Virus record (IMG/VR): IMGVR_UViG_3300044711_000029 | Coordinates: 1 to 56,239 of that record | DNA length: 56,239 bases | Direction: 5' to 3' (one strand) | Origin: a virus | Lineage: Duplodnaviria; Caudoviricetes | Part shown: positions 9,227-18,629 of the stretch, one piece after another | Numbering within the stretch: position 1 is the stretch's first letter | How the letters are laid out: each line of letters opens with the position of its first letter | The notes under the pieces: generated by a model | Databases searched by the model: none | Told to the model about the DNA's origin: nothing | The model's input: the letters and a program-made list of their open reading frames with translations, nothing else | Translations under genes and position numbers: made by a program

Positions 9227-10588
9227 ATGCCTGACTGGGTTTTTCCTGAAGACGTTGACGGTTGGCTTACGCCACTTGAAGGCCGCGCGCTGGCTGATCT
9301 AGCGCGCGGCCGTACCGTGTTGGAAATCGGAAGTTATTGCGGACGGTCAACGATCTGCATGGCGCAGACGGCAAAGCGACTTACAGCCGTTGACTGCTGG
9401 GATGGTAGGGGAACGCCGAATCCACGCGATACGTTCGAGGAATGTATCGCGAATCTACGGCGATATGCGGTATATGGAAATGTGGACCTCCGTGAACCGG
9501 AAGCGGGTTTGCCAGAGCCAAGTTACGATCTCGCTTTCATCGATGGTGCACACGATTACCCATCGGTCATGGCCGATGTGCAGAAGGCGCTCAGGGTGCT
9601 GTCCCCCGGCGGCCGGCTCGCCTTCCACGACTACCGCCTCGCTCCCGGCGAATATGACGGGCGCTGGGATGAAGGCGTGACGCTGGCCGTCAACTCGCTA
9701 TTGGACTGCGGCGCCAAGCTGCTTAGCCGTCACGGTTCGGTGGCAGTGATCGACCCGGCGAATCTGCGGGCTCCGCAACCGGCACCAGCCGCAGCGGACG
9801 ATAAGCCGCTCGTGGCCCTGGCAATGGCCCGCCGCGGTCGCGAGATTGCGGACGATGCCGCAGCGGAAGGCTTCTACCGCTTCCCATGCAAGCGCTGCCA
9901 AATCTCGGTGCTTGTTAAGCCGATCTCAACAATCCTTCCTGATTGCTTTAACCAGGCGTGGGCTGGCGTTCTTAACCTGCGCGATTCCGGCGTGCCGGTT
10001 AAATACTTCGCCATGATTCACGACGATATCGGGCCAGCTCCGTGGTGGGTCGATACGCTCGTGGACGAACTAGAGCGGCTTGGGGCTGACATCGTATCGA
10101 CTGTGTTTCCAATCAAAACGCAGCGCGGCTTGACCACTACGGCCGTTAATACCGGCGATCTATGGTTGCCGCGGCGGCTCACGATGACCGAGGTTCACGA
10201 ACTTCCTGAAACATTCGGCGAAGAGGAAGTCGAGGGTCCGCTGCTGCTCGGCTCAGGTCTATGGGTTGCTGACATCACGAAGCCTTGGGTTGACGCAATC
10301 GACGTAGCACCCGGCGAAGTCGGCGATGCACCGTTCGACTTTCAAACCAGGATTCGTCGCACGGCTGACGGGACGCGAGTCTCTGAGGTAATCCCTGAGG
10401 ATTGGCTGTTCAGCCATCGTGCCTACGAAGCAGGGGCCAAACTCTACGCCACCCGAAAAGTTAAAGTCGATCACAGCGGAACCAGTGACTACCCGAACGA
10501 TATGGCTTGGGGTCAGTGGAAAACCGACGAGGTTTACCGTCAACGAAACGCCAAAAAGGAGCGTGAACTATGCGAATCAAATTCCTGA
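9227..10588 (+). CDS. class I SAM methyltransferase (Methyltransf_24-like) fused to GT-A glycosyltransferase-like domain
   Basis: VLEIGSYCGRST, FIDGAHDY, FHDY in the N-half; FAMIHDD and PEDWLFS in the C-half. Confidence 0.85.
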   Translation: MPDWVFPEDVDGWLTPLEGRALADLARGRTVLEIGSYCGRSTICMAQTAKRLTAVDCWDGRGTPNPRDTFEECIANLRRYAVYGNVDLREPEAGLPEPSYDLAFIDGAHDYPSVMADVQKALRVLSPGGRLAFHDYRLAPGEYDGRWDEGVTLAVNSLLDCGAKLLSRHGSVAVIDPANLRAPQPAPAAADDKPLVALAMARRGREIADDAAAEGFYRFPCKRCQISVLVKPISTILPDCFNQAWAGVLNLRDSGVPVKYFAMIHDDIGPAPWWVDTLVDELERLGADIVSTVFPIKTQRGLTTTAVNTGDLWLPRRLTMTEVHELPETFGEEEVEGPLLLGSGLWVADITKPWVDAIDVAPGEVGDAPFDFQTRIRRTADGTRVSEVIPEDWLFSHRAYEAGAKLYATRKVKVDHSGTSDYPNDMAWGQWKTDEVYRQRNAKKERELCESNS

Positions 10589-10830
10589 AAGACGCTAACT
10601 ATCCGCAGGTCAAGCCTGACGGCTCGCCGGACCTGGAGCGGTCCAAGTCGTACAAGGCCGGCGAGACCCACGACCTGCCGGACGACCATGCGAATCGCTG
10701 GATTCGCCGGAACGCTGCCGTCGAGGTAAGGGACGAGACGGCCAAGCCCAAGGAAACGCTGGTCAAGGAAAAGGAATCCCTCGTTCCTGGCCCCGCTCAC
10801 AAGGGACACGGGAAATCTGAGGCCCTGTAA
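10570..10830 (+). CDS. small head-associated hypothetical protein
   Basis: MRIKFLK...G...DL.D..A..WI type seen between capsid and adaptor genes. Confidence 0.6.
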   Translation: MRIKFLKDANYPQVKPDGSPDLERSKSYKAGETHDLPDDHANRWIRRNAAVEVRDETAKPKETLVKEKESLVPGPAHKGHGKSEAL

Positions 10831-11453
10831 TGTTCGGCCTGCAAGTTACCGTCGCGCCTACCGAGGAGCCGCTGGACCTGGATGAAGCCAAGGGTCAGTG
10901 CGGTCTGCTGGGCAACATCGCGCACGATACCTTGCTGCAAGGGCTGATTACCGCTGCCCGCATTTACTGCGAGCGCGCTACCGGCAAAGCGTTTATTACG
11001 CAGACCTTGAAGCTGACCCGCGATTGCTTTCCTGACTACCGCGAGGAGTACGTGCTTAGGCTGCCGCGACCGCCGTTGCAAAGCCTGACGCCGGATGCGG
11101 ACCATTTGACGCTTGGCATTGAATACGACGACACGCAAGGGGTCACGCAAACGCTGGCGGCTTCGGAATACGTGATTGACACGGCCTGCGAGCCGGGGCG
11201 GGTTGGCTTGGTGCTCGGTGCCGTCTGGCCGTTGACGATTGACCAGCTTGGCGTAGTGCGGGTGACGTACCTGGCCGGCTACGGGGCAAGGGCGGACGTT
11301 CCGCAGACGATTAAGCAGGCGATGCTCCTATTGATTGGGCACTGGTTTGAGAATCGGGAAGCTGTCGGCACAGCGGGCGGGCCATTGGCATTAGCCGTTG
11401 GCTCCCTGCTCGGCTGCGAGGATTCCGGCGCGATGGTAGGGACTTACGGATGA
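10830..11453 (+). CDS. head-tail adaptor (gp6/phiE125 gp8-like)
   Basis: EPL.LDEAK, LITAAR..CE..T, VP..IKQAMLLLIGHWFENREAV. Confidence 0.92.
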   Translation: MFGLQVTVAPTEEPLDLDEAKGQCGLLGNIAHDTLLQGLITAARIYCERATGKAFITQTLKLTRDCFPDYREEYVLRLPRPPLQSLTPDADHLTLGIEYDDTQGVTQTLAASEYVIDTACEPGRVGLVLGAVWPLTIDQLGVVRVTYLAGYGARADVPQTIKQAMLLLIGHWFENREAVGTAGGPLALAVGSLLGCEDSGAMVGTYG

Positions 11454-11782
11454 AAGCGGGAAAGCTGCGGCACGTCGTCAACGTGATGCGGCCTGCAGAA
11501 CCGGCAGGCGATGTACCCGGCAAGAGCCCTCCGACGATTCACAGGGCGGGAGTGTATTGTTCGATTGAACAACTGACGGGACGGGAGGCCGAACGATTCC
11601 AGCAGATGTACGCGACGGCGACATTGAAGGTGAAGATGTGGGGCGACCCCTCGAAACCGCTGCGAGCCGTGGATTGGCTGGAAGAGTTGCCGAACAAAAA
11701 CCGCCTTAACATTCTGAATCCAGACGACCTCAACCGGAACGGCATCGAACTCGAATTGATTTGCGGAGAGGAACCGAAGTAA
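11450..11782 (+). CDS. head closure protein (SPP1 gp16-like)
   Basis: MKAGKLRH.V, IE.LTGRE, LELIC.E motifs; synteny. Confidence 0.85.
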   Translation: MKAGKLRHVVNVMRPAEPAGDVPGKSPPTIHRAGVYCSIEQLTGREAERFQQMYATATLKVKMWGDPSKPLRAVDWLEELPNKNRLNILNPDDLNRNGIELELICGEEPK

Positions 11783-12282
11783 TGTCCAAGTCGTTTGCCA
11801 CTGTTGAGATTGACTCTGCGTCGTTCAATGCGGCTGACGCTCAACTTGCGCGCCTGGAATTCGAGGTTCGGACTAGCGTGTTAGAGAAGGGCGTCCGCGC
11901 TGCTGCCGCCCCGGTCGTGATGCGTGCCCGCCAGCTTGCCCCAGATAGCGTCAAGAGCGGCTCCCGTTCCCGCTGGTCCAAGAAGCTGAAGGCCGCCCGA
12001 CAGAACACAAAGCAGCACAAGGACACGATTGGCGTTTCGTCGATTCGCCACTACCGCGGCTCGACGGTCGCCATCTACGCCGGCCCGCTGCATCCCGCCG
12101 GCAACCTCATCAACGCCATTGGCCATCCGCACAATCAAGTTCTCTGGGGCCGCCATACCGGCGTGACGCTGCCGCCGACCGATTACCTCCAGCGGGCCGC
12201 CAACGAAACGAAGGCAGAGCAGCAGTCTGCTTTTGTCGCCAAGATCACCAGCGAATCCGAGAAGCTCCTAAACCATCCGTGA
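11782..12282 (+). CDS. neck/tail completion protein, HK97 gp10-like
   Basis: AAAAPV..RARQLAP..SG and YL..A motifs; synteny. Confidence 0.75.
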   Translation: MSKSFATVEIDSASFNAADAQLARLEFEVRTSVLEKGVRAAAAPVVMRARQLAPDSVKSGSRSRWSKKLKAARQNTKQHKDTIGVSSIRHYRGSTVAIYAGPLHPAGNLINAIGHPHNQVLWGRHTGVTLPPTDYLQRAANETKAEQQSAFVAKITSESEKLLNHP

Positions 12283-13070
12283 ATCAAGAAACCATTATCG
12301 CGCTTGGCATGCCGCGGCGGTCCAATACCGTTTCGTTCGGCGCTGCGCGCGGCTACTTCTGGCCAGCATCCACAGAGAATCCGGTGAAGGTAAATTACCT
12401 GGATGTCTCGCCGTGCTCCCTGCTCAATCACAACTTCGACCGCCTCTGGGCCGCCGCCCTAAATGCTCGCGACCGTGGCCGGGCTACTCACTTTGCGATG
12501 ATCCACGATGACGTGTGGCCGGACGGTGTATGGCTGGCGGAACTGCACGAACTGCTGACGGAACGCGATGCCGATATCGTCTCATCCGTCATCGCCATTA
12601 AGGACGAACGCGGGCTAACATCCACGGCAGTCTGCTACGGCGATATCTGGACGCGGCGCCGGATCACTGTCAAGGAAGCCCTGGAATTGCCGGAGACCTT
12701 TGGCGGCGAAGATGTGGGCGGGCAACTCTTGCTCAACACCGGGCTATGGCTGTGCGATCTTCGTAAGCCGTGGTGCGACAAAATCAACTTTGGCTCGCTG
12801 GAGCGGATTTGCATTCACGACGGCAAGCATGTGGCGGAAGTAGTTTCGGAGGATTGGCTGTTTAGCTACCGACTCCACGAAATGCTCGGCAATCCGCGGC
12901 TCTACGCTACCCGCAAAATTGGCGTCAAACATGCCGGACAGCAAGTGCTAGTTCCCAGCGACGAAGCGGGGGCGTGGGAAACCGATTCGGACTACTGGAA
13001 CTATACGGGACTAGCGCCGCATCCGATTGTCCGCGAATGCAAGGTCGTCATGCAGGAGGCCGTGGCATGA
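12279..13070 (+). CDS. GT-A glycosyltransferase-like protein (paralog of the C-half of 9227-10588)
   Basis: FAMIHDD, ADIVS, RGLT.TAV, ELPETFG, SEDWLFS shared with the upstream fusion. Confidence 0.8.
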   Translation: MNQETIIALGMPRRSNTVSFGAARGYFWPASTENPVKVNYLDVSPCSLLNHNFDRLWAAALNARDRGRATHFAMIHDDVWPDGVWLAELHELLTERDADIVSSVIAIKDERGLTSTAVCYGDIWTRRRITVKEALELPETFGGEDVGGQLLLNTGLWLCDLRKPWCDKINFGSLERICIHDGKHVAEVVSEDWLFSYRLHEMLGNPRLYATRKIGVKHAGQQVLVPSDEAGAWETDSDYWNYTGLAPHPIVRECKVVMQEAVA

Positions 13071-13489
13071 GCGATGACATCGGCAAATCGGTGCGCGAAC
13101 GCCTCTATGCAACATCCGAGGTGACGGCGATTTGCAAGTCACAGATTTACGCCGACGTGCTAGAGCAGAACGCGCAGCCGCCCGCCGTGGTCGTGTTCGT
13201 CGAAAGCAATCTGGCGCATGAGGATTTGAGCGGAACGAACCGATGCTTCCAGGCGCAAATCCAGGTATTCGCCTACGGCAAGGATCGCGACCAAGCCAAC
13301 CTCCTCGCCAAAGCCATTCGCGATTCTGCCCTGCCGGCCAACTTGCAGGGCATTTACAACGGCATGGACTACAAGGACGTTTCGCTCACTTTTGGGCCGT
13401 CAGAGATGGTCGATCAGCCGGTCGCTGGCGGTTGGGAGTGGCGGAAGATCACCAAGCAAACATTCACAATTTGGGCCAACGCCACCTAG
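13067..13489 (+). CDS. tail terminator / tail completion protein (DUF3168/gp17-like)
   Basis: IY....Q....P.VV, IQV.AY...A..LA.AIR; precedes tail tube gene; GGAGG RBS. Confidence 0.8.
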   Translation: MSDDIGKSVRERLYATSEVTAICKSQIYADVLEQNAQPPAVVVFVESNLAHEDLSGTNRCFQAQIQVFAYGKDRDQANLLAKAIRDSALPANLQGIYNGMDYKDVSLTFGPSEMVDQPVAGGWEWRKITKQTFTIWANAT

Positions 13490-13499
13490 GAGATAAGTT

Positions 13500-13919
13500 A
13501 TGGCAGGTTTCACCGGCTCCGGCGCTGCCGTCACCTTCGCGGGCGGATTCAGCGGCAAGTATCGCGAGATCGGCGAAGTGGACAACGAAGTCGAAGTGGT
13601 TGATTCCACCACGCTTGACGTTGCCGCCGGCAGTTTTGCCATCAACATTCCGGGCGACAATCCTTCGCCTGGGCAGGTTCATTTTCGCACCCGCTGGGCA
13701 GGTGCCACGGCTCCGCCGGCGCTCCGCTCTATCGACACGCTCACGATCACGCTGCCCAAGGAAGCGTCCGGCAGCAACAACGCCGCAACGGTTTCGGGAA
13801 CTGGCTATCTCATCAAGCGCCGGCTGCTGCCGAACCTCCAGCGCAATCAGCTCAACGAGGGGGATTTGGTGTTTCAATTCAACGGCGGCACTGGTCCGGC
13901 ATATACCCTGGAGTCCTAG
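13500..13919 (+). CDS. major tail (tube) protein
   Basis: 139-aa Gly/Thr-rich protein with VD.TTL...IPGD motif, position before chaperones. Confidence 0.75.
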   Translation: MAGFTGSGAAVTFAGGFSGKYREIGEVDNEVEVVDSTTLDVAAGSFAINIPGDNPSPGQVHFRTRWAGATAPPALRSIDTLTITLPKEASGSNNAATVSGTGYLIKRRLLPNLQRNQLNEGDLVFQFNGGTGPAYTLES

Positions 13920-13922
13920 GCA

Positions 13923-14219
13923 ATGGATTTGAAAGTGGAACTGATCCCGCACATTGGGCAAATGAAGATTGACATTGGCGGCGCGAGCGAAACGGTTGAC
14001 GTTGACACCGGGCAATCGTTCGTCCAGGTCAACGGTAAGCGGTTAGGCGTTTATTGCGGGCGAAAGAACGATCCCGGCAGATACCTCTCATTCACGGAGC
14101 CGCTGCCGCTGCCGCTACAAGAAAAGATTGCCGCCGAAGTCACCAAGATCACTGGCGGCGTCGGCAAATTTAGCGCACCACCCCCAGAGGAACACGAGAT
14201 TGCCAATGACAGCGAGTAA
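13923..14219 (+). CDS. hypothetical protein in tail module
   Basis: ORF with GGAG RBS between tube and chaperone genes. Confidence 0.65.
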   Translation: MDLKVELIPHIGQMKIDIGGASETVDVDTGQSFVQVNGKRLGVYCGRKNDPGRYLSFTEPLPLPLQEKIAAEVTKITGGVGKFSAPPPEEHEIANDSE

Positions 14220-14640
14220 TGGATTCGCCAGCCGGGATGATTTCCTCGCGGCTACCAAGCGACGATTCAAGACGGTTCCGATGTGGGGCGGCAAGACGTG
14301 CCGTATCCGCTCGATCACTGAGGCGGAATACGCCGACATCGACGCCCGTAATATCGACTTTCGCAAGGGCGGGCTCAGCGCAGCCGGCATCCGCGGCTCC
14401 AACGTGCGGCTGCTGATTGCCTGCGTCTGCGACGGGGACGGCGAACCGATCTTTACCGAACTGGACGCGGGCAAACTGGCATCCGTCGATACGGCCCTCG
14501 TGGAGCCTCTCGTGCGGGAGATTCGGGAGCATTGCGGCCTGCGTCAGGATGCGGAGGAAGCAATAAAAAACTTCGATGCGACCGGCGGCGAAGGTTCGCC
14601 CTCTTCCTCTGCCGATCGGTCGCTCGCCGCCTCGACGTAA
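14206..14640 (+). CDS. tail assembly chaperone (gpG-like)
   Basis: RLLIACVCD..G.PIF motif; contains slippery A AAA AAC at 14565-14571. Confidence 0.85.
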   Translation: MTASNGFASRDDFLAATKRRFKTVPMWGGKTCRIRSITEAEYADIDARNIDFRKGGLSAAGIRGSNVRLLIACVCDGDGEPIFTELDAGKLASVDTALVEPLVREIREHCGLRQDAEEAIKNFDATGGEGSPSSSADRSLAAST

Positions 14641-14885
14641 ACAACGTACTGGCCACGATCACGCCAGCCGAGTTTGCGGAGTGGGAAGCAATGTATCGTC
14701 TGGAGCCGTGGGGCAATGATTGGGACCAAGCAACACGGATTGAGGCCGCAATTAAGAACGCCTTTTCCTCCTCGCCGGTATGCCCGTCAGAGTTGATTCC
14801 TAACGAGGACAACCGCAAGTCCGCGTCCGAGGAAGTGGATGAAGCGACCCTGAGCCAGAGATGGAAAACTCGATTGGGGTTTTAG
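14565..14885 (+). CDS. -1 frameshift extension of tail chaperone (gpGT-like C-terminal part)
   Basis: Open -1 frame after the slippery heptamer encoding EF.EW.AMY.LEPWG, typical of gpT segments. Confidence 0.8.
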   Translation, partial: KKLRCDRRRRFALFLCRSVARRLDVNNVLATITPAEFAEWEAMYRLEPWGNDWDQATRIEAAIKNAFSSSPVCPSELIPNEDNRKSASEEVDEATLSQRWKTRLGF

Positions 14886-14895
14886 GAGGTGTCCA

Positions 14896-16815
14896 ATTCC
14901 AACGGTGGGGTCAATTGCGTATTCCATAATAGCCGATTCTTCTCGGCTAACGGCTGGCGTTACGGCTTCGCGCGCTGAGCTTCGCGACCTGAAATCCATC
15001 TTCGGCTCAACGCGCACTGACGTTGAGCGATTCTCTATGTCGATGGAGCGACTGGAAGAGTTGCAGCAAAAGTTCCCGGCAAGCACCGAAGCCATCACGA
15101 GAAAGATGGCTGAACTGCGGGCGGAAATGTCGAAGGCTTCCGGCGCTCCGCCAGCTAATTTCTTAGCCGACGTAAAAGCCAAGTCGGCCCTGCTGGAATT
15201 CAACGAGAATCTAAAAGCCACCAAACAGCGTGCCGACGAAGCCAGATCAGCACTGGAGAGGATGGCGCAGATTCGCGCCAATTCGGCGAAATTGGAAGTA
15301 TCTGAGAATCTTAGACTCTCTAGAGAATTTCGCAACGCACAGGTGCCCATCGAAGCAGCAAAGGGATACGACGTTCTAGGTCGTACCATGCAGCACTTGG
15401 GAATCGTAGTTGACCCAGTATCAGCCAGCTTCCAGGCGTTCCACATCGTGATGGGCCTTGTCCACAGCGGGCTACAGGCCATTGAGTCCATTGCCGGCAA
15501 AGTAGCCGCGTCGATGGAGCGACTCGATCAGATTGCCAAAGTTGCCAAGACTCTGGGCATTGATGAGGCTTCACTGACTGGCCTGCGCCGAGCCGCGCAA
15601 GACATTAGCGGTGTGGACGCTGGACAGTTTGATGCCTCATTCCGCAAGATGGGCGTGAATATCGGCGAGGCAGCAATGAGCGGCAAGGGCCCGGCGGCTG
15701 AAGCCTTAGACCGGATTGGCTTGTCGGCTCAAAAGCTGTCCGGCATGTCTCTCGATAAAGCCCTACTGGAGATCTCCGACGCTCTGCAAAAGGTAGAGAA
15801 CGTCGATGAACGACTCGCACTATCCAAGGGGATTCTCGGCAAGGGCGGCGAGCAGCTTGCCACTACGCTAGCCGCTGGCGGAACGGAAATTCGGAAACTG
15901 ATCGACGATCAAACCGAGTTATCCAAGGTCAAGTTCATCGACTTTGCCACGATTGAAAGCGCGAATGACCAAATAGGCAGGCTCACCACGGCGATGGAAT
16001 CCATCGTCGATCTGCTGGCCAGCGACATGGCCCCGCTGATTCGCGACTTTGCCAAGGACTTAGCCGAAGCATTCGGAAAGGGAACCGAGGAAGGAAAACT
16101 GCTTCGGGACGTTCTCCGCACAATCGCCTTCACGATGGCGGGCGTAGTTGACACGCTGGACTCTTGGGAAAAATTATCCAGGGGCGATATCACCGGGGCC
16201 TTCCTCCAAAAGGAAGGGGAGCTGACCCGAACCGAGAAGTTGATGAACGATCTGACCAGTTCACCGGCTATTCGCGCTTCGCAAAACATTTCCTCCATTA
16301 TTCCCAATGAAGATGAGGGCGCGGCTAAAGCTGCCGCGAAGGCCGCCGAGCATTCGCAGCAGGCGTTGCAAGATTGGTGGAATAAATACTTTGACGCCCT
16401 CGACAAGCTCACCCAAGACGAGATTGCCGCCGAGACCAAGCGCATTCAGGAGATAGCCGACAAGGGAGAGAAGCTGGCGGACTCACTGAAGACGCCAACC
16501 GAAAAACTACAGGACCAGTTCACCACCTTGCAGGAGGCGTTCGCCAACTGGTCCATTAGCCCTGAGACGTTCCAGCGGGGGCTGGAAGACTTAATGGACA
16601 AGGCGGAGAAGGGCACACAAGGGATTACTGGGGCTGGCACGACAAAGGCAATCGGCGCTCGCAGCATTGAATCCGTGAAATTGCAATACGCCTCCCAAGA
16701 CCCCAGCCTGAGCGAAGCGAAGAAACAGACAAAGAATCAGGACCAGATGCGTCAACTGCTGTCGGACATTAAGGACGAAATTGCCAAGCAGGCCCCGATG
16801 ACGATTATCGAGTGA
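14896..16815 (+). CDS. tail tape measure protein (possible ATT start at 14896; GTG alternative at 14905)
   Basis: Long Ala/Leu/Glu-rich helical protein directly after the chaperones; AGGAGG at 14884-14889. Confidence 0.88.
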   Translation: MPTVGSIAYSIIADSSRLTAGVTASRAELRDLKSIFGSTRTDVERFSMSMERLEELQQKFPASTEAITRKMAELRAEMSKASGAPPANFLADVKAKSALLEFNENLKATKQRADEARSALERMAQIRANSAKLEVSENLRLSREFRNAQVPIEAAKGYDVLGRTMQHLGIVVDPVSASFQAFHIVMGLVHSGLQAIESIAGKVAASMERLDQIAKVAKTLGIDEASLTGLRRAAQDISGVDAGQFDASFRKMGVNIGEAAMSGKGPAAEALDRIGLSAQKLSGMSLDKALLEISDALQKVENVDERLALSKGILGKGGEQLATTLAAGGTEIRKLIDDQTELSKVKFIDFATIESANDQIGRLTTAMESIVDLLASDMAPLIRDFAKDLAEAFGKGTEEGKLLRDVLRTIAFTMAGVVDTLDSWEKLSRGDITGAFLQKEGELTRTEKLMNDLTSSPAIRASQNISSIIPNEDEGAAKAAAKAAEHSQQALQDWWNKYFDALDKLTQDEIAAETKRIQEIADKGEKLADSLKTPTEKLQDQFTTLQEAFANWSISPETFQRGLEDLMDKAEKGTQGITGAGTTKAIGARSIESVKLQYASQDPSLSEAKKQTKNQDQMRQLLSDIKDEIAKQAPMTIIE

Positions 16816-16820
16816 GCCCA

Positions 16821-17264
16821 TCAATGCTTCAGCTTCAATCCCTTGATCGGAAAAAAAGTAGCGATCTCCTCGTCCGTAGTGAAGTCGTAGAACACGACCA
16901 TTTCTCGCGTCGAGATAGTTCCCTTGCGAGGAACGGATTGGGTTTTGTAGTACCACGCGGCGAGCACAGCCGCGAGGTTTTCCTTGTCCGAAAATGCCAT
17001 CTGTTTCCAAATAATAGGGTCAACGGAAATGTGCGGCGTGGTTCCGTTTTTTCGCTCCGCAACGATCAAGCCAGCCTTCACATAAATGTCGATTGCCTTT
17101 CTTCTGTCGTGCTGCGCCTTGTCGCTGGCCAATGGCTCTTGAGTCTGTTTGGCTTGTGCTGGCTGCCGCGCGGGGGAACGGGACGCAACAAAGAAACATC
17201 CGCCGACGCAGCAGCTAAGGATAGCAAGCCAGGAAATTACCAAAATAGGAACAGCGTATTTCAT
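16821..17264 (-). CDS. membrane-anchored moron protein, antisense within tail operon
   Basis: Hydrophobic N-terminus MKYAVPILVISWLAILSCCVGGCFF; only minus-strand gene inside the tail operon. Confidence 0.7.
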   Translation of the reverse strand: MKYAVPILVISWLAILSCCVGGCFFVASRSPARQPAQAKQTQEPLASDKAQHDRRKAIDIYVKAGLIVAERKNGTTPHISVDPIIWKQMAFSDKENLAAVLAAWYYKTQSVPRKGTISTREMVVFYDFTTDEEIATFFPIKGLKLKH

Positions 17265-17335
17265 TGGAAGTCTCTCGGTGGTGAGCGAACCAGTATTGCA
17301 GACACGGTTGCCGAAAGTCAAATTTCCAGAACAAA

Positions 17336-18250
17336 ATGACTGTCATCAGCTACGGCAGGGAACCCGGATACCCCAAGACGACTCGCCGTCTTGAGGGGCA
17401 ACCACCTTCGCGCAAGGTCGTCACCCGCCACAGGGACCGCCGGCTAATTATCGTCGATAACGAGAATGACTTTGGCGAGGTAATCTTGAGCCAGTTGCCT
17501 TTTCAAATTGGTGACGCTTTCGATTTTCTTGGCTTGGACCCTCCCCTGCTATCTGGCATCGACCTAGAGCGTAGCAAGGAAAGCCGGAACCAATGGTATC
17601 TGGACCTCGACTACGAACCGCTCTCTGACGAAGACAAGAACCGCGACGAGAATACTCCGCCGGACCAACGCCAGCCAGAATGGTATTGGGATTTTGAAAT
17701 CGTAGAGCGGCCTTTTACGCGGGACGTGGATACCGACAAGTTGGTCGCTAGCTCGGCCGGCGAAGTTATCGAAATGGTGACGCAGTACGCAATCCCCATT
17801 TTGCACATCGAGCGGCATCAACTGGACTTTGACCCGAATACGATCACGGATTACGTCAATCACCGCAACTCCGCCGATTTCTGGGGTGTGTCGCCAGGCG
17901 ATGTTCTGATGGCTGGCATCAGTGACCGCAAAGACACGCAGATGATTTGGAACGGCACGTATTTCCGCAAGGTCAGTTACGTTTTGAAGTTCGCCATCCC
18001 ATTCATCCCCGACGTGCAGGAGGGCTGGACGGAACTCCTGTGCGACGCCGGAACGTACTACTACGATATTGACACTGACGACCGCCTCCAATTCATCGAC
18101 CGCCACGGCAACGCGATTACCGGCAGGCTTGACGGTGCTGGTTTCCCGCTGTCGGACTATGAGACGGACCCCAACGCACCGCCCGTCATTTTGAGATTTA
18201 ACCGATTTCCCGAAGCTGACTTCAATGAGTTAGACCTAGGGCCATTCTAA
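17336..18250 (+). CDS. tail protein (distal tail/hub-like)
   Basis: First plus-strand gene after tape measure; SAGE, N...FWG..PG and DF..L C-terminal motifs. Confidence 0.65.
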   Translation: MTVISYGREPGYPKTTRRLEGQPPSRKVVTRHRDRRLIIVDNENDFGEVILSQLPFQIGDAFDFLGLDPPLLSGIDLERSKESRNQWYLDLDYEPLSDEDKNRDENTPPDQRQPEWYWDFEIVERPFTRDVDTDKLVASSAGEVIEMVTQYAIPILHIERHQLDFDPNTITDYVNHRNSADFWGVSPGDVLMAGISDRKDTQMIWNGTYFRKVSYVLKFAIPFIPDVQEGWTELLCDAGTYYYDIDTDDRLQFIDRHGNAITGRLDGAGFPLSDYETDPNAPPVILRFNRFPEADFNELDLGPF

Positions 18251-18260
18251 GGAGTGCCGC

Positions 18261-18629
18261 ATGGCCAACGAGATTCGTATTTCTGAAAGCGTTAATGTTG
18301 TGAACGGCAGTTTTCGGGACAGCTTCGCGCCAGGGCTTGTGACAATTACGCAGGCATCTTCGGGCGGCGGAAATCCAGGAACAGTCAGCATCGGAACGGC
18401 GGAGGAGGATGTGGCGTTCGGAGACGTGACCCCCAGCCTGGTCATCTTGCAAAACTTAGACGGCACAAACTTCGTCCAGTACGGACCAAAATCCGGCGGT
18501 GCGATGATCGCCTTCGGAAAGCTGGCAGCGGGCAAGACGGCAAGGTTCGTAATGGACGCCGCTGTTACGCTGCGAATGAAGGCAGACACCGCCACCTGTA
18601 AAGTTCTCATCAAAGGGTACAACGCCTAA
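18261..18629 (+). CDS. tail/virion structural protein
   Basis: MANEI... NLD.TNFV..G beta-rich protein; AAGGAG RBS. Confidence 0.65.
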   Translation: MANEIRISESVNVVNGSFRDSFAPGLVTITQASSGGGNPGTVSIGTAEEDVAFGDVTPSLVILQNLDGTNFVQYGPKSGGAMIAFGKLAAGKTARFVMDAAVTLRMKADTATCKVLIKGYNA

